DNA of 64,000 nucleotides from Chromera velia (taxonomy: Eukaryota): NCBI GenBank assembly GCA_018398765.1, contig JAHBMJ010000090.1:1-64000 (forward strand). Direction: 5' to 3'. Both the position numbers and the translations under genes were made by a program. Every line of letters starts with the position of its first letter. The stretch's first letter is position 1. The notes under the pieces are model-generated. The model made no database searches. It was not told the DNA's origin and saw nothing but the letters and a program-made list of their open reading frames with translations. Below, piece after piece: positions 50,272-64,000 of this stretch.

Positions 50272-52160
50272 TAAGGATGAGAAAAGGTGCATAGGTGCAA
50301 GGTGCAAGGTGTTTTGGATGAATACATTTGAATTCAGATGCATTTCAGGTGCATTCAACAGGTGCATTATTTCTACTATAAAAACATAAATTTAAAAGTC
50401 GTCTTTTAGGGTTTTTAGCCATCAAAAGGCGCCTAATTCAATACCTAAACACTCTTTCTCATATAACATAGCTGCACAATCTTTTATTATAAGAATTTGA
50501 TTGAAAAACACATAAAAAGTTGATAAAAACCGATAGCAAGTCTCGTTTTTGAATTATGAAAACGATCCTTTGAACTGGATTCAGCTACACTGCATGCAGC
50601 ATTTCACTTCTTGCAAATTCATTCTTATGTGATTCATCAACAAATCGAAAAACAGCAAAAGCATGCATTCAAACGATGGGGAATCTTCTCAATTTTGTGG
50701 AGAAACGGGTTAAACAGTGCTGTCCAAAGCATGAAAGACATGCCGCTGCCTGAGCAAAGAATGAAAAAGGTACAGTCATGTTACTGACTAAGTAGAGAGT
50801 GGAAGAGACGGAGACATACTGCTGACTGAGTACAGTAACTAGAGAATGAAAGAGGTGCAGTCATGTTGCTGACAGAGCAGAGAGTGAGATAGATGGAGCC
50901 AGGCTGCTCCCTATGCAGAGAATGAGAGAAGTGCAGTCATGCTATGTTATGCTGCTGTCTGAACTCAGAATAAAAGAGGTGTAGTCATGCTGCTGCCTCA
51001 GCAAAGAATGAAAGAGGTGCAGTCATGCTATTAACTGAGGAAAGAATGAAAGAGGTGCACTCATGCTGCTGACTGAGCAGAGAGTAAAAGAGATGCTGAC
51101 ATTGAACAAAGAATGAAAGAGGTACGATCATGCTGCTGATAGAGCAGAGAGTGATATAGAGCGAGCCACGCTGCGGCCTGAGCCGAGAATGAGAGAGGTG
51201 CGGTCATGCTGCTGCCTGGACAGAAAGTGAAAGAGGTGAAGTCCTGATACTGACTGAGCACTGCCAGAGAGTGAGAGCGATGAAGTCATGCAGCTGACTG
51301 TGCAAAGAATGAAACAGGTACAGTCATGTTGCTACCTCGGCAGAGACTGAAAGAAATGCGGACGTGCCGCTCCTGGGCAGAGAGTGAGACGGAGTGAGAG
51401 GGACACAGTCCGGCTGTTCGTGAGCAGAGAATAAAAGAGATGCGGTCATATTGCTGTCTGAGCAGAGAATGAAAGAGGTGCAGTCATACTGCTGTCTGAG
51501 CGGAGAATGAAAGAGGTGCAGTAACTGTTATGTTACTGACTGAACAGAGAGTGAGAGCGATAGAATTCTGCTCTTGCCTGAGCAAAGAATGAAAGAGGCG
51601 CAGTCACGCTGTTGCCTCGGCAGAGAGTGAAAGAAAAGCAGAGGTGCCGCTCTTGGGCAGAGAGTGAGACATACAGAGAGGGAGGGACCGTGTCATGCAG
51701 TCAGGCTGCTCATGAGCAGAGAATGAAAGAGATGCGGCCATGCTGCTGTCTGAGCAGAGAATCAAAGAGGTGTAGTCATGCTGTTGACTCAGCAAAGAAA
51801 GAAAGAGGAACAGTCATGTTACTGGTCGGCTGCAACAGGTTTTTTTGTCAGATGATATGGATCTGCATGCATGCGCATGCATCTTTGCGTATGCGAGACT
51901 GAATGGCGGCGTACATTGCAAGACCCATATATGCATGCAGCGCGCGCTATATATGGAGGCGCCGCACGGGCGCCGCGCCAGTGAAGGGCCCCGTCAGCTG
52001 CTGCATCTTCACCTAGACATTCGACTCTTAAAACAATCTCTTTACTCCACATAATGCATCTATCAGGTGCATCCAGGTGCATAGGTGCAAATCAGGTGCA
52101 TCAGGTGCATGCATTTTTTGAGAATGCACCTTTTCTGGAATGCACCTTTTCCCGTCTTTA
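50272..52160. mobile_element. Non-autonomous hAT-like DNA transposon, about 1.9 kb
   Basis: Imperfect 21-bp TIRs TAAGGATGAGAAAAGGTGCAT / TAAAGACGGGAAAAGGTGCAT, 8-bp TSD GAGTTATC (50264-50271 and 52161-52168), clustered AGGTGCA subterminal motifs at both ends, and no transposase ORF. Confidence 0.85.
50735..51830. repeat. Degenerate ~38-bp minisatellite inside the hAT-like element
   Basis: The consensus is approximately CTGAGCAGAGAATGAAAGAGGTGCAGTCATGCTGCTGT, with roughly 25-30 diverged units. Confidence 0.9.
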
Positions 52161-54706
52161 GAGTTATCTCAGTGATTTTTTTTTTGTTTAAATTTCGAAC
52201 TGCATGCGTACGTGTATATTAGATCGATCATACGACCGTCACCAGCCCGGTAGGGGTCTGACATACGCGAGTGCATGTACAAATTTCAACGTTACTGCCG
52301 GTTTGAAATTATAAATCCTAATCCCCCCCCCCCCCCNNNNNNNNNNNNNNNNNNNNNNNCCCCCCTAAAATTAAGTATTTTACATAAATAATTCTTTAAA
52401 AAAGATGTGAAAGATAATATATAGAAGACCCCTGATTCACTTACATACTTATTTTTTTAACAGTACTTACAGATAATAGCTTTGATTCAATGATGAACCT
52501 ACTGATGATGATGATGATTGATGGTGAAATCCTAGATCTAGCGACGCCAGATCCCAAGCCACCAACAAGGCTTTGAAGACAACCCAGCATGCCATGCATT
52601 ATGTAGTTCACAGGTGTGACTTTATATTTTACCATATTGTCGCACTGTAAATCATTCTAAATTCTTACGCAGCCGGAAATCAACTCAGCACGCAGCTGTA
52701 CATGTGGCGGTATACATCTGCGGTGTGCGTCTGTCTTCTTTTCAATATCGATGCAAAGGAACAAACAGACCAGGGGAAGGACGTAAATTCAAAACTAACA
52801 GTTAACAAGCTAAGAAGGTTGGGGGGGCAGCGTTATCTGCACACTTCTGTGGGCACCCACCTTTCTGTGCGTGCGTCTACTTGCATGCCGATGCGTTGCT
52901 GGGATCCACCAGTGCGCGCAATCACTGGCCCAGCGAATTGCTTGGGGCTCCCCCCAACCCCCCCCGCCTTGCCTTCCGTCTCTTTTCATGATAGGCAGGC
53001 AGCCAACGAGCCAGAAGTCCAGGTCAGACCGATTTGAGACATGGGCGAAAGCGCAAACATTCGCTCTCGCACCGCAGGGATGGCTGATTCCTCTTCTCTT
53101 CTCTTCTGATATTGGAGGCAAATTTAAGGCAGCAGAAGCTCTCTCCGTTTCCGTGAACGTGACCAGAGGAATGAGATACAAGAATACCCACTCCATTACC
53201 TGTCTGTCTGTCTGTCAGCTGTCTGTCTGTCTGTCTGTCGCTATGTCCGGCTCACTGATCCCGAGAACGATCTTTTTATCGATTCAACGTCCCTCCCTTT
53301 CTCATGTTTGATTGGTTTGGTTTGGTTTGTTTTTCTGCCTGTCTGCAAATACTCCCCTTTATCTCTTCTCTTCTCTTCTCTTCTCTTCTCTTGTTCTCTC
53401 CTCTTTTGAGTGAAGATCTCATCTCGGCCCTCCCCAGCCCTAATGCACGCCCATGCGTGCGGCCGGAAACCTCTTGAGGGCGTGGCTGGATCGTCTTGTG
53501 AGACACGGATGGCGCTGTGGTGTGAACAGAAGGCAAAAAAAGAGAAGAGACGCTCAACGAAGGAAGAATGCGTGCGTCAATGCAACTCGACCGATACATA
53601 CATGGGACAGCGTGCCTGCCTGCCTGCCTTCCCTTCCCTTCCATTCCCTGCCTTTTCCTTCTTCACACCAGCTGAGGAAAAAGAAAGGAAGGTGGGAGGG
53701 AAGTCGATCGATCGATCGATCGAGAGAACCTTCACTGAAGGGGCGAGCATACACGCCCCTGTTTCAGTTGTGGGGAAGGAAAACGAGAGGACTGGGCAGT
53801 TTCAGTCTTCAGCGACTGGTGACTCCCCAGCTCAGACATTACATAGGATTTCTGAAGCCCGAGCCCTCCCCTTCCGCAGCGTCTTTTCCTGTGGTTTCCC
53901 TTCCCTCCCTTCCCGCCCACTTTAAGTCCTTCTCCGCAATCCGCCACCCCAACCTCGAAGGAAGGAAGGAAGGAAGCGGACAGGCGAGGAGCGAAAGAGG
54001 AACCGTACACCTCCCCCCCTCAACCAGTGGGAAGACCAGGCTCCAACAGTGTGCGTCTGTCTGCTTGTTCCAACTTCGAGCCGACAGAAGGAGACAGAGA
54101 AAGACGTCCACAGCAGCAACAACGACAGAAGCAAAGCGAAAGAAAACACAGCCGAGAGACGGATGAGCAGATAAGCAGAGAGACAGGTAGACAGGTAGGC
54201 AGGTAGGGAGAGTTAGAGAGGTAGAATGAATGAATGGCATACGAACGACCCAAGTGCCTGCCGTCAGACCCCTTTCCCACTTCTGTTCTGTTTTGTTCCC
54301 CCATGCATTCTACTCTCCTGCTGCACACAACGAGAGAGAGCACAGGACAGGGGGACCGATGCAACCCAACCTGGATCGAAAGCGAAAGAGCAAACGGAGG
54401 GCACAGACAGGAGAGACGAAATGACCCCTCCCTGCAACTTTTCTTCTGCACTCCAAAACCTCAGACCTGCAGGCAGGCATCGTGCTTTTCCTCACTGTTT
54501 TGCGTGTGAATCCCGGGAAGAAAAGAAATAGTTGCCTGCAGGACACGCGCGTCCGACCCGACCCCCCATTGTTTGCACAGGCAGGGAGGGAACACTCGGC
54601 CGCCTCGTTCGTACCCACGGTCTCTCTTCTCCTCTCTTCTCTTTTCCTCTTACCTTTTCTCCTCTTTACCCAACTCGGCTTTTTCTTACTCAATCTTCTT
54701 TCTCGC

Positions 54707-64000
<9,294 letters not shown>

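Noticed and set aside
50264..52169. Mutator-type element with a 9-bp TSD GAGTTATCT
   Set aside because: The ninth base is better read as the first T of the TIR, matching the terminal A at 52160. That leaves an 8-bp TSD and TA-starting TIRs, as in hAT.

Overview
Eukaryotic, intron-rich, microsatellite-laden draft sequence with six N gaps. It is most consistent with a free-living relative of apicomplexans such as a chromerid; this is inferred from a CDPK7-type EF-hand/PH/kinase gene together with LTR retrotransposons. I reconstructed seven spliced genes by hand: a W2-domain translation-factor-like gene (5' end outside the window), RPL38, a two-KH-domain RNA-binding protein, an atypical ARF-like GTPase, a long Pro/Ser-rich protein, a GT61-family glycosyltransferase and CDPK7 (5' end outside the window). 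Between them lie a 2430-bp tandemly duplicated gene whose copies carry nonsense mutations, a decayed chromovirus (Ty3/Gypsy) nested in a 5'-truncated CRE-like non-LTR element, a non-autonomous hAT-like element with an internal 38-bp minisatellite, and several small dispersed repeats. The most striking signal is that the diverged repeats I compared differ mainly by C>T/G>A transitions concentrated at CpA and CpG, which resembles fungal RIP in a non-fungal genome. Also notable are a 103-bp intronic tandem array that builds in-frame 9-nt microexons, and a non-LTR element with an oligo-C 3' end. Coordinates and counts were read by eye and need confirmation by alignment.
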